DNA from: the human T2T-CHM13v2.0 reference genome, Homo sapiens
Strand: one strand, 5' to 3'
Length of the DNA stretch: 64,000 nucleotides
Assembly (NCBI RefSeq): GCF_009914755.1
Contig: NC_060925.1
Within the stretch, counting starts at the first letter, position 1. Every line of letters begins with the position of its first letter. Made by a program: the position numbers and the translations under genes. The notes under the pieces are model-generated. The model saw only the letters and a list, made by a program, of their open reading frames with translations. It searched no databases and was not told the origin of the DNA. Shown here piece after piece: positions 41,484 through 60,288 of this stretch.

Positions 41484-41561
41484 TTAATCCCAACTGTACC
41501 ACTTCCTAGCTATGTGATTGTGGGAGTCTGTCTTTCTTTCTTTTCTTTTTTCTTTTTTTGA

Positions 41562-41669
<108 letters not shown>

Positions 41670-41726
41670 TAGCTGGGATTACAGGCACGCGCCACCACGC
41701 CCGGCTAATTTTTGTATTTTTAGTAG

Positions 41727-42053
<327 letters not shown>

Positions 42054-43429
42054 TAGTAGAGATGGGGTTTCACCGTGTTAGCCAGGTGGTCTCTATCTCC
42101 TGATCTCGTGATCCGCCCGCCTCTGCCTCCCAAAGTGCTGGGATTACAGGCGTGAGCCACCGCGCCCAGCCCGGGAGTATTTCTTAATTCACTAGTAGCA
42201 CTTATCTCCCATGGTAAGTATTCAATAAATGTTAGATATTATTCAGTTTAATTAACCCAATGACCCTAACCAAGGTTGCAGCCTGAACCTGGGGAGCTGC
42301 AGATAGATGATCTCAAAGCTTTCTTCTAGTCCCAAAGTCTATGATTTTTTATATTCAGTAGAACAGCTGTGGTGGAGAGTTCAGGGGGAATGACCCACAA
42401 TATTTTTAGGAGAAAGGCATAAAAGGCTTTGTGAGCGGTTTCACAAGGATAGGTTCTTACTCCTCTAAATGGGGAGAAATCTCCCTTGCGGAGAAATCAC
42501 CAGCAATTAGAATACTACCTTTGTCTCTGGGAGTATTCAGGTATTCACAGACAAATTCGTACTCATGATGTGAGCAGAATTGGAAAAAAAAAAAAAAAAA
42601 AAAAACAAGCGACACATGGAGTGATAAACACTATAAATGCCAAATACATATATTCAGTCCTTACTGAGAGCGGGTGCTGTCTGGTTTTCACAGGAAAGAC
42701 AGGCAGTGTTAAAAGGCTCAGACTCTGGTGTCAGGCAGATCTGGGTCTAATTCCCAATTTGCCAACTTATCAGGACCCCGGGGGCAAGTTGCTTTTAGCC
42801 TTTCTGCTTCAGCTTTCCTTTTCTGCAAAACACAGACAGCAATAGTACCTAGCTAAGAGACTGTACCCAATCCAGTGCGAATAAAAGTGAATTATTGTTA
42901 GTATCTGACAAATGGCACCCTATGGGTGACAAGTTTCCTTTGTCAGAAGGTGACACGTCTTCCCTTTCTGACTTGAGGTTTCACGGGTGGGGCCTGGTCT
43001 CTGCCTTAAGAAGATAGGCTTAGTGCCACCCTTGTCACCTTGGGAACTTCCTTAATAAAGAGGAGGGTCTCTCCTCCATCAGACCCGGGACTCCACAAGG
43101 CTGGAACTGCGTCTCTTCCTCAGAGGTGGGAGCAGCAGTGACTCCGCTAGGGTCAGATGGACCTAGTCGCTCCCATCACCCCGAGGGCACCCAGAGTGTG
43201 TGTGGCTGACTCCTCTCCAGGCTACTCAGCGTAGGCCCGATTCTCTTTCATTCTCTTCCTTAAGGCCCAGGAGACGTCAGTGAGGACTGTGCCACTTCAG
43301 CAGCCCCCCAGAGCAGGAAGGAGTGGGCTGAGGAGCCCCCCGGGGCCCTAGCCTGAGAGGTCCCAGAATTCGGGGGCTGAGAGGAAGTCTTAGGAGCTCT
43401 TAAGGGGCTGTGAGGGGACCTGGGGTTCA

Positions 43430-44510
43430 GTGGGCGAGCGTGTGGGCGGGTGTCCCAGAAGCGGTGTGAGGAGCGTTTTACCCGGTGGTGGGGTGGGAGG
43501 TGCGTCCGGGTAACTAATGGCAACCGGGCGGGGTGAGCCCGCTCTGCAGGAACTCCTCGACGGCGAAAAACTACGACTCCCAGGGTGCCCCAGGGCTTAG
43601 CCCAGCTTTCCCGCCCGCCCACTGGCTGCCGGTCCCGCAAGCGGCGAAGCCCATTGGCCACGGCGGTGCGGGGCTCCCCCACTAGCAGGTTAGTGGGCGC
43701 CGCCGGCAGCAGACGTTGACCGGGCGCGGGGGGGTAAGTGGGGGGGCCCGGCTAGCCATTCTGGAAGCGGCCGGGCGCAGTCTTCGTAGCGTACCCGCCG
43801 GCTGCGAGGCGCAGGGCGGAGGCGGAGACTGCGTGGCGCAGGCGCGTTGCTGGGCTTCTCCTGGGTCCCCAGACAGCTGGAGGAGATAAACAGAGGAGGA
43901 GGAGGGAGGGGAGTGCGTGTGTGAGAGCGCGCGAGGGAGTGTGAGTGTGTGTGAGCGCGGGTGTGAGGCGGTGCGCAGGGGCGGGCGGAGGCGCTGTCCG
44001 GCCCCGGCCAGGCGCCGGGCGGGGAGCATGGGAAGGGGCTAGAACTGCTCGAGCCCCCCAGCCCCCTCCCCGGGATCCGCGCCCCCCCTCCCGGGAGAGG
44101 GGCCGCCCCCCCCGGACGGACATGGGCTCCTGAAGTTGCGCCGCTGCCGGTCGGGGGAAGAGACCTGACAGGTACGGGTCACCGCCGCCCCCTGCCCTCC
44201 GCGGGCGCCGAGGCGGGGACCGGCTCCCGCAGCCCCGGTGAACGGGCCGCCCGCTCTGGGCCGGCTCCAGCCCTGCCGGCCTGGGGGCCTGAGCCTACCC
44301 GCCTCGGGGCCCCGGGTGTCCCGAGAGGGGCCAGGCCTCGCCGGGGCGGAGGGCAGAGTGGTCCGGGGGCGGGGTGGGGGCGGAGGGTTTGGTCGGGACG
44401 CGGGGGGAGGCTGTGGGAGTCCGGGGAGGCTCTGCGGAGGGAGAGGTGGAAGTCATTCCATCATGGGACTTTTTTGCGGAGTTTTTGTTTGACATCTGAT
44501 CTGGCGCCGG
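43430..44510 (+). promoter_or_regulatory. WDTC1: CpG-island promoter, probably of WDTC1
   Basis: About 1.1 kb GC/CpG-rich and repeat-free. Contains an RFX X-box-like GTAACTAATGGCAAC (43510-43524), a ZNF143/THAP11 SBS-like AACTACGACTCCCAGGGTGC (43569-43588), GC boxes (~43610-43620), inverted CCAAT (43653-43657) and NRF1-like GCGCAGGCGC (43836-43845). Gene identity is from recalled synteny. Confidence 0.85.
43840..44171 (+). other. WDTC1: Non-coding first exon (5' UTR), probably WDTC1 exon 1; intron 1 runs to the window end
   Basis: Splice donor GACAG|GTACGG at 44171/44172 inside the CpG island. TSS position is approximate. No downstream coding exon recognised in the window. Confidence 0.7.
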
Positions 44511-44608
44511 AGTCAGGAAGAAGGGGCAGGTGTAAGTGCTGGGAGGGCAACGCCGACCTGACCTGCCCTCTTAGCTTCTCGCTCTCTCTCTTTCTGTTTT
44601 TCTCTCTC

Positions 44609-44614
<6 letters not shown>

Positions 44615-44652
<38 letters not shown>
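44615..44652 (+). repeat. (TG)19 microsatellite preceded by a CT-rich tract
   Basis: Read directly from the sequence. Confidence 0.97.
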
Positions 44653-44655
<3 letters not shown>

Positions 44656-47600
44656 ACAGCAGATGCCTTCAGTGGCCCATCCTGGCACCAAACAACTCTG
44701 CCAAGGTGTTTCCACCAGGCGACTGTAGCACCCCGTATACAAAGGGCCTCTGCTTGGGAACGGGCTATTCAGTACCCACTTCAAAGGGTAAATAGGAAGT
44801 GAGGAGATAGAAGAGAGACTGCGAACCAGCAGGATCCACTTCTTGGACTGAAAGCCGCAGTGGGACGCCCCTTTGCCAGATTGGTTGACTTTGCTTGGTG
44901 GCTTGGGCTCTCTCTCCTCTGCGGGTGTACTCCCAGGGTTTCTAGAGGAGAGGTACAGGGGCCTGTAACTAATGTCTTAATAGCCGAATTTGACTGTTTT
45001 CCCCAGAGTTCTTTTCTTCTGTGACTTTCTTTAACCTCCTGAAGTACTGGTAGAGCAACGTTATAGTTTTTCTCTCAAGTTGGTGATTTTAGGAGCCTGG
45101 TAGGGTGGCTGAAGCTTCCCCATTCATTCCAAGGATGGGGTAGATGATCTGGGTAAAGTGGCAGTGAAGTCTTCCCTTTCTAACAAAGCCTGAAACCGTT
45201 TTGAGAAGAAACTATTTTGAGGGCAGCTTCTGACTCAAAGACGTTACGAAATCCCCACCTAGGACACCGGTATGCCCAGTGGTCCCTACTAAGCTTTTCT
45301 GTGTCTTTTAGAGTCGTTGAGTGGCCAGCTTCTGCTCACTGTACTGAAGGAACTACTTAATGCTATTTCTGTCTTGAGTTCTGGCTTATTCTTCCTTGTG
45401 ATTCTTATATCTTTAGCGGGATTGAATTGAATTTTTGCTGTTGAGTGTAATAGCCAGATCCTCTGTAACAGACCAGGGAGTAACTAGTTGGGCTCCTTTG
45501 GGCCAAGTCTGAGACTTACTGAGGTTTCTTCATTGTAGGTTGTTGTATTTCGTTGGCAGGTGGGAAATGACCTTTTCCGTCATAGTTTGTGATCATGCTG
45601 CTTTAAGGCTGGAGTCCTGCTCTCCTTTCCTTTTTTGACCTATATGGGAGCACTTCTGTTCGAGTCTTATCTCAATTTGAAGGAACAGTGCTTTTGGATC
45701 AACTCTGCCGAATAATTGAGCAGTAGCCCATATTTCTGCCTGGGACACCTTCATTGAGGGTCACGAGGGAAAGAGAGAACACGTGTAAATATTATGATGA
45801 TGATGTTAACAACTATTTACCAGTTTCATACAATTGACAGTTTTTTTTAGCCGGGAGGAGTTCAGTATTGACTCATTGGGCATCTTATGTAGGGTGTTTT
45901 TGCACACCTAGACTTTAGGATCTGGAAAGACAACTGAAAATCTTGAAGCCCACTGCCAAACATTTGTGGATCTTGGGCCAACTGCTAAGGAAGATCTAGA
46001 CTATGACTTGGTCTTTAATTATTTTTATTTTTTTCTCCTTTATGTATGTATGTATTTATTTATTTATTTTTTGAGATGGAGTCTTGCTCTGTTGCCCAGG
46101 CTGAAGTGCAGTGGCGCGATCTCAGCTCACTGCAACCTCAGCCTCCTGGGTTCAAGCAATTCTCTGCTTCAGCCTCCCAAGTAGCTGGGATTGCAGGTGC
46201 CTGCCACCATGCCCAGCTAATTTTTGTATTTTTAGTAGAGATGGGGTTTCACCATCTTGGCCAGGCTGGTCTTGAACTCCTGACCTCGTGATCCACCGAC
46301 CTCGGCCTCCCAGAGTGCTGGGATTACAGGTGTGAGCCACCGCACCTGGCCTCTCCTTTTATTTTTATTTTTTTGAGATGGGGTCTCACTCTGTTGCCTG
46401 GGCTGGTCTCGAACTCCTGAGCTCAAGGGATTCTCGTACCTCTGCCTTCCTAGTAGCTGGGACTACAGACACGGCCTCCGTGACCACTCTCTTCTCTCTT
46501 TTTAAAAATTAAGGAATGTTGCTGACATGTGCAGTTCTGAGTCTCAGAGAGGAAGTCAAACAGAACATGTAATCTGGTGATACTTGTGTTTTCTTTGGGT
46601 CACTGGTTTAGTTATCTATTCTGTTTCCTTTCTTCTTTCCACCTCACCTTTCCAGATGCTCCACTGTATCTTTAGGCTGCCATTGCAGATTGCTGGGCCC
46701 ACAAAACCCTTAGGTTGTACTTTCTTAGCTGTCATCTCTTGAAAAGCCAAAGTTCTGGCAGTTGCTATTAGAAACCAGTTCCTGGCTGAGCGCGGTGGCT
46801 CACGCCTGTAATCCCAGCACTTTGGGAGGCTGAGGTGGGCAGATCACGAGGTCAGGAGATTGAGACCATCCTGGCTAACACGGTGAAACCCCATCTCTAC
46901 TAAAAATACAAAAAAAATTAGCCGGGCATGGTGGCACACGCCTGTAGTCCCAGCTACTCAGGAGGGATTTTCCTACTAAGGCAGGAAAATCGCTTGAACC
47001 CAGGAGGTGGAGGTTGCGGTGAGCTGTGATCGTGCCATTGCACTCCAGCCTGGGCAACAAAAGTGAAACTCCATCTCAAAAAAAAAAAAAAAGAAAAGAA
47101 AAGAAAAAAAAGAAAGAAGCCAGTTCCTTGGTGTAGTTAATTTACTTTGAGAGGTATTTGCCAGTTGGGATATGTCCTAAAAAGTGACTGACATTTTATT
47201 CAGGGCCTGGTATATCTTGGGCTCAGTGCTAGCTAGTATTTTTACTTTATCCAGTGTAACCTTCATGACTGTCCTGTGAGGTGAGAATCATTTTCCCTAT
47301 TATACCTATGAAGAAACAGATTCAGAGAAATTAAGTTATTTGCTTAAGGTCACACAGCAAGTAAGAGGAAGGACTGGAATTCAAACCCAGGTCTCTCTGC
47401 TCTGTGATATTGAATTGCCTCTGGGACTGTGACACATGAAGAAGAACTGAAAAGACCAAGGCTAAGAGCCTGGGGGAACATGATACCTCATTCAAATACT
47501 TGAAGAATTGTCATGGGGAAAGGAAACTGGATGTTCTCTGTGATTCTAGAAGGCATCTCAGGATTAAATGACATAATTTCCAAGAAGGTAGACTTTGGTT

Positions 47601-47802
47601 TGATAGGAGATAATGTAGCTTTCTAAAAACAAAATGGGCTGCCTTGTGAGGGAGTGAGTTACCCATCATTGCAGATATTCAAGCAGAGAGTTTGCCACAT
47701 CTTTTTTTTTTCTTTGAGACAGAGTCTTACTTCGTCATCCAGGCTGGAGTGCAGTGGCATGATCTCAGCTCACTGCAACCTCTGCCTCCCAGGTTCAAGT
47801 GA

Positions 47803-48107
<305 letters not shown>

Positions 48108-49239
48108 TAGAGACAGGGTTTTGCCATGTTGCCCAGGCTGGTCTTGAACTCCTGAGTTCCACCTGCCTCGGTCTCCCAAAGTGCTAGGATTACAGGCATG
48201 AGCCACCGCTCCTGGCTTTTTTTTTTTTTTTTTTTATGAGACAGGGTAGATGGGAAGACAGGTGTGTGCCATCACGCCTGGCTAATTTTTTAATTTTTTC
48301 ATAGAGATGGGGTTTCACTATGTTGCTCAGGCTGGTCTCAAACTCCTGGGCTCAAGCAGTCTGCCTACCTCAGCCTCCCAAAGTCCTGGGAATACAGGTG
48401 TGAGCCACCATGCCCAGCCTCCCTGTCTGTTTGATCTGTAAAACCTAACATGGCTTGGCACGGTGGCTCACACCTGTAATCCCAGCACTTTGGGAGGCCT
48501 AGGTGGGTGGATTGCTTGAGCCCAGGAGTTTGAGACCAGCCTGAGCAACATAGTGAAACCCAGTCTCTACAAAAAGAAAATTTAAAAATTAGCCAGGTGT
48601 GGTAGCATGTGCCTGTATTCCCATCTACCCAGGAATCTGAGGCGGGGGCATCACTTGAGTGCAGGAGGCAGAGGTTGCAGTGAGCCAAGACTGCGCTACT
48701 GAACTCCAGCATGGGCAACAGAGACCCTGTCTCAAAAAAAAAAAAAAAAAAAAAAAGCCAGTTGTGCAGTGGCTCATGCCTGTAATCCTAGCACTTTGGG
48801 AAGCTGATGTGGGCAGAGCTCAGGAGTTGGAGGCCAGCCTGGGCAACATGGCAAACCTGTCTCTACTAAAAATACAAAAAATTAGCCAGCCGTGGTGGTG
48901 CACACCTGTAATCCCAGCTACTTGGGAGGCTGAGTCATGAGAATTGCTTGAACCTGGGACGCAGAGGTTGCAGTGAGCCAAGATCGTGTGCACTCCAGCC
49001 TGGGGGACAGAGTGAGACTCTGTCTCAAAAAAAAAAAAAAAACCAAAAAAACCCAAAAAAACTAACATGTATTGAATATTTAGTATATACCAGGCACTTG
49101 CTAGATACTTTTTCTTTCTTTTTTTAAGACAGAGTTTTGCTCTTATTGCCCAGGCTGGAGTGCACACGATCTCTGCTCACTGCAACCTCCGCCTCCTAGG
49201 TTCAAGCAATTCTCCTGCCTCAGCCTTCTGAGTAGCTGA

Positions 49240-49485
<246 letters not shown>

Positions 49486-51237
49486 TGAGAAACTGAGACT
49501 CTAGACTAAAGTTAAGGAATATGCTGGAGGTTACACAACTAGTAGTGTAGGGCTGATATTTGAACCCATGTCTCCTCCTTAGCTCTGTGACCTAGGGCCA
49601 ATCATGTATCCTCTCAGAGCTATAGTTTCACCTATAAAATGAGGCTTATTGTAGTACCTACTTTTTAGTGGGTTTTTGAGGACTAAATGATGAAATATAT
49701 CCTTTTTACTAGACCTCACTGATTGCCCTCAAGAGCCAGGGCTTGGATGTAAAGGAATACCACTTAGTTGGCTTCTTCTGGGTAAATTCAGGCCTATGTG
49801 TAACTCTGAGAGTTCTAGGGCCCATTCTTTGAGCTATTAAGTAATAGCTGCTGACTCCTTGAAGGGCTTTGTGGCATTGAAGACTAATACCTTAAAAACT
49901 TTTAAGCCTGGGCTGGGCGCAGTGGCTCACGCCTGTAATCCCAGAACTTTGGGAGGCTGAGGTGGGCGGATCACAAGGTCAGGAGTTTGAGACCAGCCTG
50001 GCCAAGGTGGTGAAACCCTGTCTCTACTAAAAATACAAAAATTAGCCTGGCGTGGTGGCGGGTGTCTGTAGTCCCAGCTACTCAGGAGGCTGCGGCAGGA
50101 GAATCGCATGAACTCAGAAGGTGGAGGTTGCAGTGAGTTGAGATCGCAACACTGTACTCCAGCCTGGGTGACAGTGAGACTCCATCTCAAAAAAAAAAAA
50201 AAACAAAAAAACTTTAAGCCTGAATAAGGGGAGGATGCAGTCAAAAGGCCAGAGTGTATAGGAGGCAGTGTCAGAGGCCCTGTGCAAAGAAAATTCTCAG
50301 CTACTACTGCAGAGCCAGATTTGAGGGTCACCGTTGGCATTTTTGTATTTATTATCTTCTTTTAGGATACAAGGTCACAACTGCTAGAGCTGTAACAGAG
50401 CTCAGTGCCAAGAATAATGACCCTTAATCCTCCGTATAGCCATCTGGGGAGGTATTAACCCCATTTTCTTGGAGATGGGGTGGAGAACAGGATCAGACCT
50501 TGCCCAGGGAGCTCTCCAGAGGCTGTTGAGGGCAGTGTTTGGATCAGGACTTTTGTACAATTTTGTCCTTATTCATGACCCCCCAAATTCTATAAAACTG
50601 CTTATCCTTGAACCTCTTAGGGGGCCTTCCTGAGAATGGGAGCTAGGCATTCATGGTCAGGGAGCTTCATAGTTGAGGCCTGAGTGTTTGGGTGCTGATG
50701 GCCTACCTGGTTCCCTTTTGAGTTACACATCTGGATATAACACTACTGTCACTGAGTTAGAAAGGAAACATTTCTAACTTGAATGGTTTAGTTTTCCTTG
50801 ACCTTGCAGCTAGTAGTAGAGTTACAGGATGAAACTCCAGAGCCTTCTCTACAAGAGATATTTTGAATTGTGGCAGGATTTGTCAGGATGCAAGTTAAAG
50901 ACTGCAGATGCTTTTAAATAGTGAGAGAGTATAGCATTATCAAAATATGCTCCCTTTTCTCTGTTTCCTTCCACTATCTTAAGGTAATTGTGAGGCCTAA
51001 GAGCAGACAGGAAAATTAGCTATGATCACTGGAAAACAAAGTTCTGAAAACATCCAGAAAAAATTTTCACAAAGCTCAAACAAGTGGCTGGGTGTGATGT
51101 CTCACACTGTTTTTTTTTGTTTTTTTTTTTTTGAGAGTCTCGCTGTGTCACCCAAGATGGAGTGCAGTGGTGCAATCTTGGCTCACTGCAGCCTCAGGCT
51201 CCTGGGTTCAAGCGATTCTCTTGCCTCAGCCTCCTGA

Positions 51238-51426
<189 letters not shown>

Positions 51427-51701
51427 TAACCCTAGCACTTTGGGAGGGTGAGATGGGAGGATTGTTTGAGGCCTGGACTTCAAGAACAGCCTGGGCAAAA
51501 TGATGAGACCCCCATCTCTACAAAAAATAAAAATAAAAGTAGCCAGGCATGGTGATTTGCACCTGTAATCCTAGCTACTCAAGAGGCTGAGGCAGGAGGA
51601 TCCCTTAAGCCTAGGAGTTCAAAGTTGCAGTAAACTGTGATAGTGCTACATTCCATTCCAGCCTGGGGAACAGAGCTAGACCCTGTCTCTTTTTTTTTTG
51701 A

Positions 51702-51866
<165 letters not shown>

Positions 51867-53059
51867 TAGTAGAGACACGGTTTCACCATGTTGGTCAGGC
51901 TGGCCTCAAACTCCTGACCTCAGGTGATTCACCCACCTCGGCCTCCCAAAGTGCTGGGATTACAGGCGTGAGCCACCGCACCCAGGCGACCCTGTCTCTT
52001 AAAAGCTCAAACAGCAATACGGAGCCCACTGGGCAGGGGAGAAGACATCAAGGTGAGTTTTTATCTAAAGCTTCCCAGAAAGTAAAGCATTGCTTAGAAG
52101 CAGCTCTCTTCTGCAGAGAAAACCTCAAGCAGTCCTACATGGGATTATTTAAGCCAGGAGCCTCAAAGATGGCTAAGAAGTTTCCTGAAGATGCTTTGGT
52201 GATGAGTCTATCCTACCAGCGAAAGCTTTCCCAGAAACTGTCCTTGTACCAACTTAGTCCATGACCTTGAAATGGCACTCTTTAAATTTGTGTTTGAGAT
52301 CAGCAGAGTCAAGGCAGCTTAACCCTAAGGAATGGTAAGAGACAAAGTTTCAGCAGCTTCCTGAAATTGTATCAATACTGATATTACAGGTGTGAGCCGC
52401 TGCTCCCTGGCCAGTAATTTTTTTTTTTTTTTTTTTTTTTTGAGACAATGTCTCACTCTGTCACCTAGGCTGAAGTGCAGTGGCATGATCTCGATCTTGG
52501 CTCACTGCAACCTCTGCCTCCTGAGTTCAAGTGATTCTCCTGCCTCAGCCTCCCCAGCAGCTGGGATTACAGGCGCCTGCCACCATGTCCGGCTAATTTT
52601 TGTATTTTTAATAGAGACAGGGTTTCACCACATTGGCCAGGCTGGTCTGGAACTCCTGACCTCAAGTGATCTGCCCGCCTTGGCCTCCCAAAGTGCTGGA
52701 TTACAGGTGTGAGCCACCACACCCGGCCCAGTAATTATTATTTAGTGGCCAATGGCCTGGCCCCTGGAGTCAGACTGTATAGGTTGACTCTCTGTCTAAG
52801 AACTGTGTAGCTTTGGCAACTTCACTTTTCTGTGCCTCAGATCCTGCATCTGTAAGATGAGGATAACAATAGCACCTGTCTCATAGGATTATTATGAGGA
52901 GTCTGTGAGATGACACTTGTAAACTGTTAGAATGTTCAATAAATATTATTTAATAGGATCAGTGTCAGGCATTTTACATGCAAGCGCTTCTGTTCCTCCT
53001 CACCCTGCAGAGGTAGGTATTATCAGATTAGGAAACTAAGGTTTAGAAGTGTCAAGTCA

Positions 53060-53203
<144 letters not shown>

Positions 53204-53206
53204 TTA

Positions 53207-53434
<228 letters not shown>

Positions 53435-54054
53435 TTAAAAGAAATGTCAAGTCAGACAGAAAATAGGTGTCAGAACTGGGATTTGAACCTAAGATCTGTT
53501 AGGTCCACAGCTACACTCTTCATTTTATTATGCTCTTTCTTTCTTTTGTTTTGTTTTGTTTTTGAGACAGCGCCTCACTTTGTCACACGGGCTGGAGTGC
53601 AGAGGCACAATCATAGCTCAATATAGCCTCAAACTCCTGGGCTCAAGCAATTCTCCCTCCTCCCTCCTGCCTCAGCCTTCCTAGTAGCTAGGACTACAGG
53701 AGTGTGCCACCATGCCTGGCTAATTTTTAAAAAACTTTTTTATAGAGACAGGATCTTACTCTGTTGCCCAGACTGCTCTCGACCTCCCGGCCTTCAAGTG
53801 ATCCTCCTGCCTCGGTCTCCCAAAGCACTGAGATTACAGGCATGAGCTACCACACCTGGCCTTATGTTATTTCCAATGACCTTTATGCATTGAAAGTGAA
53901 GTTGAGTCCTTGCTTCGTTGCATCTTTCATCTTTTTTGTAGGATTGCTCCAATAGAACCACTATAAATAGAGTGAAAGGAAACTTGCATACATCTTTGCA
54001 TAATTCAGAATGTTGAAAGGGGGTCAGTTGTCACCCTGGTTGGGGGCACGTCTC

Positions 54055-54238
54055 TGCTATGGGAGGTAGCATGTCCAGAGGAAAGAGAATACAGATGTTT
54101 TAGGTTCCATCTCTGGTCTGCTGCTAACCAGTAGTGTCTACTTAAAATCTCAGCATAGTGTCATCGGAAGGGGTTTTGTAGCTTATCTCAGAGTCCACCT
54201 CTCATTTTACAAACGGCAGAATAGACTGAGAGAGCAAA
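54055..54238 (+). repeat. 184-bp direct repeat, donor copy
   Basis: Identical to 55091-55274 on manual comparison. Confidence 0.95.
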
Positions 54239-54746
54239 ATGCCTCACTCAGGGTCATACAGCCAGTTAAAGGCAGAGGCTGGCTTGGAGCACAAGACCCT
54301 AGATCTCCCAGTCCAGTGCTTCTTCCTCAGTACCATGTAGTATTCTGCTTCACTTCTCCCTTGTTAAATGGGGATTATTATCGTACATGAATATTCATAG
54401 CAGCATTATTCATAGCAGCGTTATATTAGCTTTCTAACTTCCTAAAAGGATTGTTGCAAAGTTCAAATTAAAAGCTTGAACAAAAGTGCTTTGATAGGTA
54501 TAAAACATTGTGTGTAAGGCAGTCATGCCATTATTCATTCAGCAAATATTTATTGGTGCCTGCTAAGCTTACATCACTCCTGGAAGACCAGTGGGATCAA
54601 TGGATGAATCGGATGAAGAGCAGGCCCTCAGCATGCTTTTAATCTTCTAAGAAAGAGAAGCCACGTAAATAACCACAGCTCAAGGTAGGAGACAGATGAA
54701 GGAAAGGCTAAGAATGGAATTTTCTTTCCATAACCTGTGATTTTGA

Positions 54747-55274
<528 letters not shown>

Positions 55275-55286
55275 GGGTTTAAGGTA

Positions 55287-58800
<3,514 letters not shown>

Positions 58801-59348
58801 ACTTTTTTTTTTCTTTTTGAGACTGAATCTCACTCTCACTAAGGCTGGAGTGGCATGATCATAGCTCACTGTAACTTCAAACTCCTGGGTTCAAGCAATC
58901 TTTCTGCCTCAGCCTCCTGAGTAGCTAGGGCTGTAGATGCATGGCCACCACACCTGGCTAATTTTATTTTTTGTAGAGACGGGATTTTGCTGTGTTGCCC
59001 AGCCTGGTCTTAAATTCTTGGCCTCAAGTGATTCTCCCTCGGCCTCCCAAAGCGCTGGGATTACAGGTGTGAGCCAGTGCACCTGGCCTTGCTATAAATA
59101 CATTCTTGCACAGATTTTTGTGTGGCATTTCTTCACTTTTAACAACGTCACGATTTTCCTTCTGATCTTGCGTTTCAAACCTAACAGGTGATAAAGACAT
59201 CCTATACTCTGCCCCTGCCATCCTACAATGAAATACCCCTTGTCAGCTTCATCTCTGGTAGGGAAATTGGGGCGGGGGAAATGTTATAATCCATGCTACT
59301 GAGCAAATATAACAGGGGTTACCAGGTTTTAGTAGAATTCAAATTTAG

Positions 59349-59543
<195 letters not shown>

Positions 59544-60048
59544 TAGTAGAAACGGGGTTTTGCCATGTTGACCAGGCTGGTCTCAAATTCCTGACCTCAG
59601 GTGATCCACCCACCTCAGCATCCCAAAGTGCTGGGATTACAGGCGTGAGCCACCACACCCAGCCCTGTTATGTATTTTCATATATATTTTATCATGTATT
59701 CACAACAACCCATTAAAGTAGGTGTTAGCATCCCCATTTTACAAATGAGGAAATTGAAACTCAGAAAATTTAAGTAACTTCCCTATGTAGGTACTAATTG
59801 GTACACTGAGGGGGAAGCTGGAATTCAGGCCCAGGTGCCTAAGTATTATATGTTTTTCTCTTTCTGCTGCGTTATCCAGAGCCAAACAAGGACTATAGCA
59901 CACATGAAAGGAGTGGTTCTTCATATTTGGATATTACCATTCAATTCTTGGTTCTAGATGAGTGATCTTCACAAATGTACTTTGTTCTAAGTCATGTTAA
60001 CCTCAGGCTATTATATTACTGATCACCTTGGCATTATGATTAGACTAA

Positions 60049-60288
<240 letters not shown>

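Noticed and set aside
43260-44492. Pro/Arg/Gly-rich ORFs on both strands of the CpG island
   Set aside because: Expected from stop-codon scarcity in GC-rich DNA; no domain similarity.
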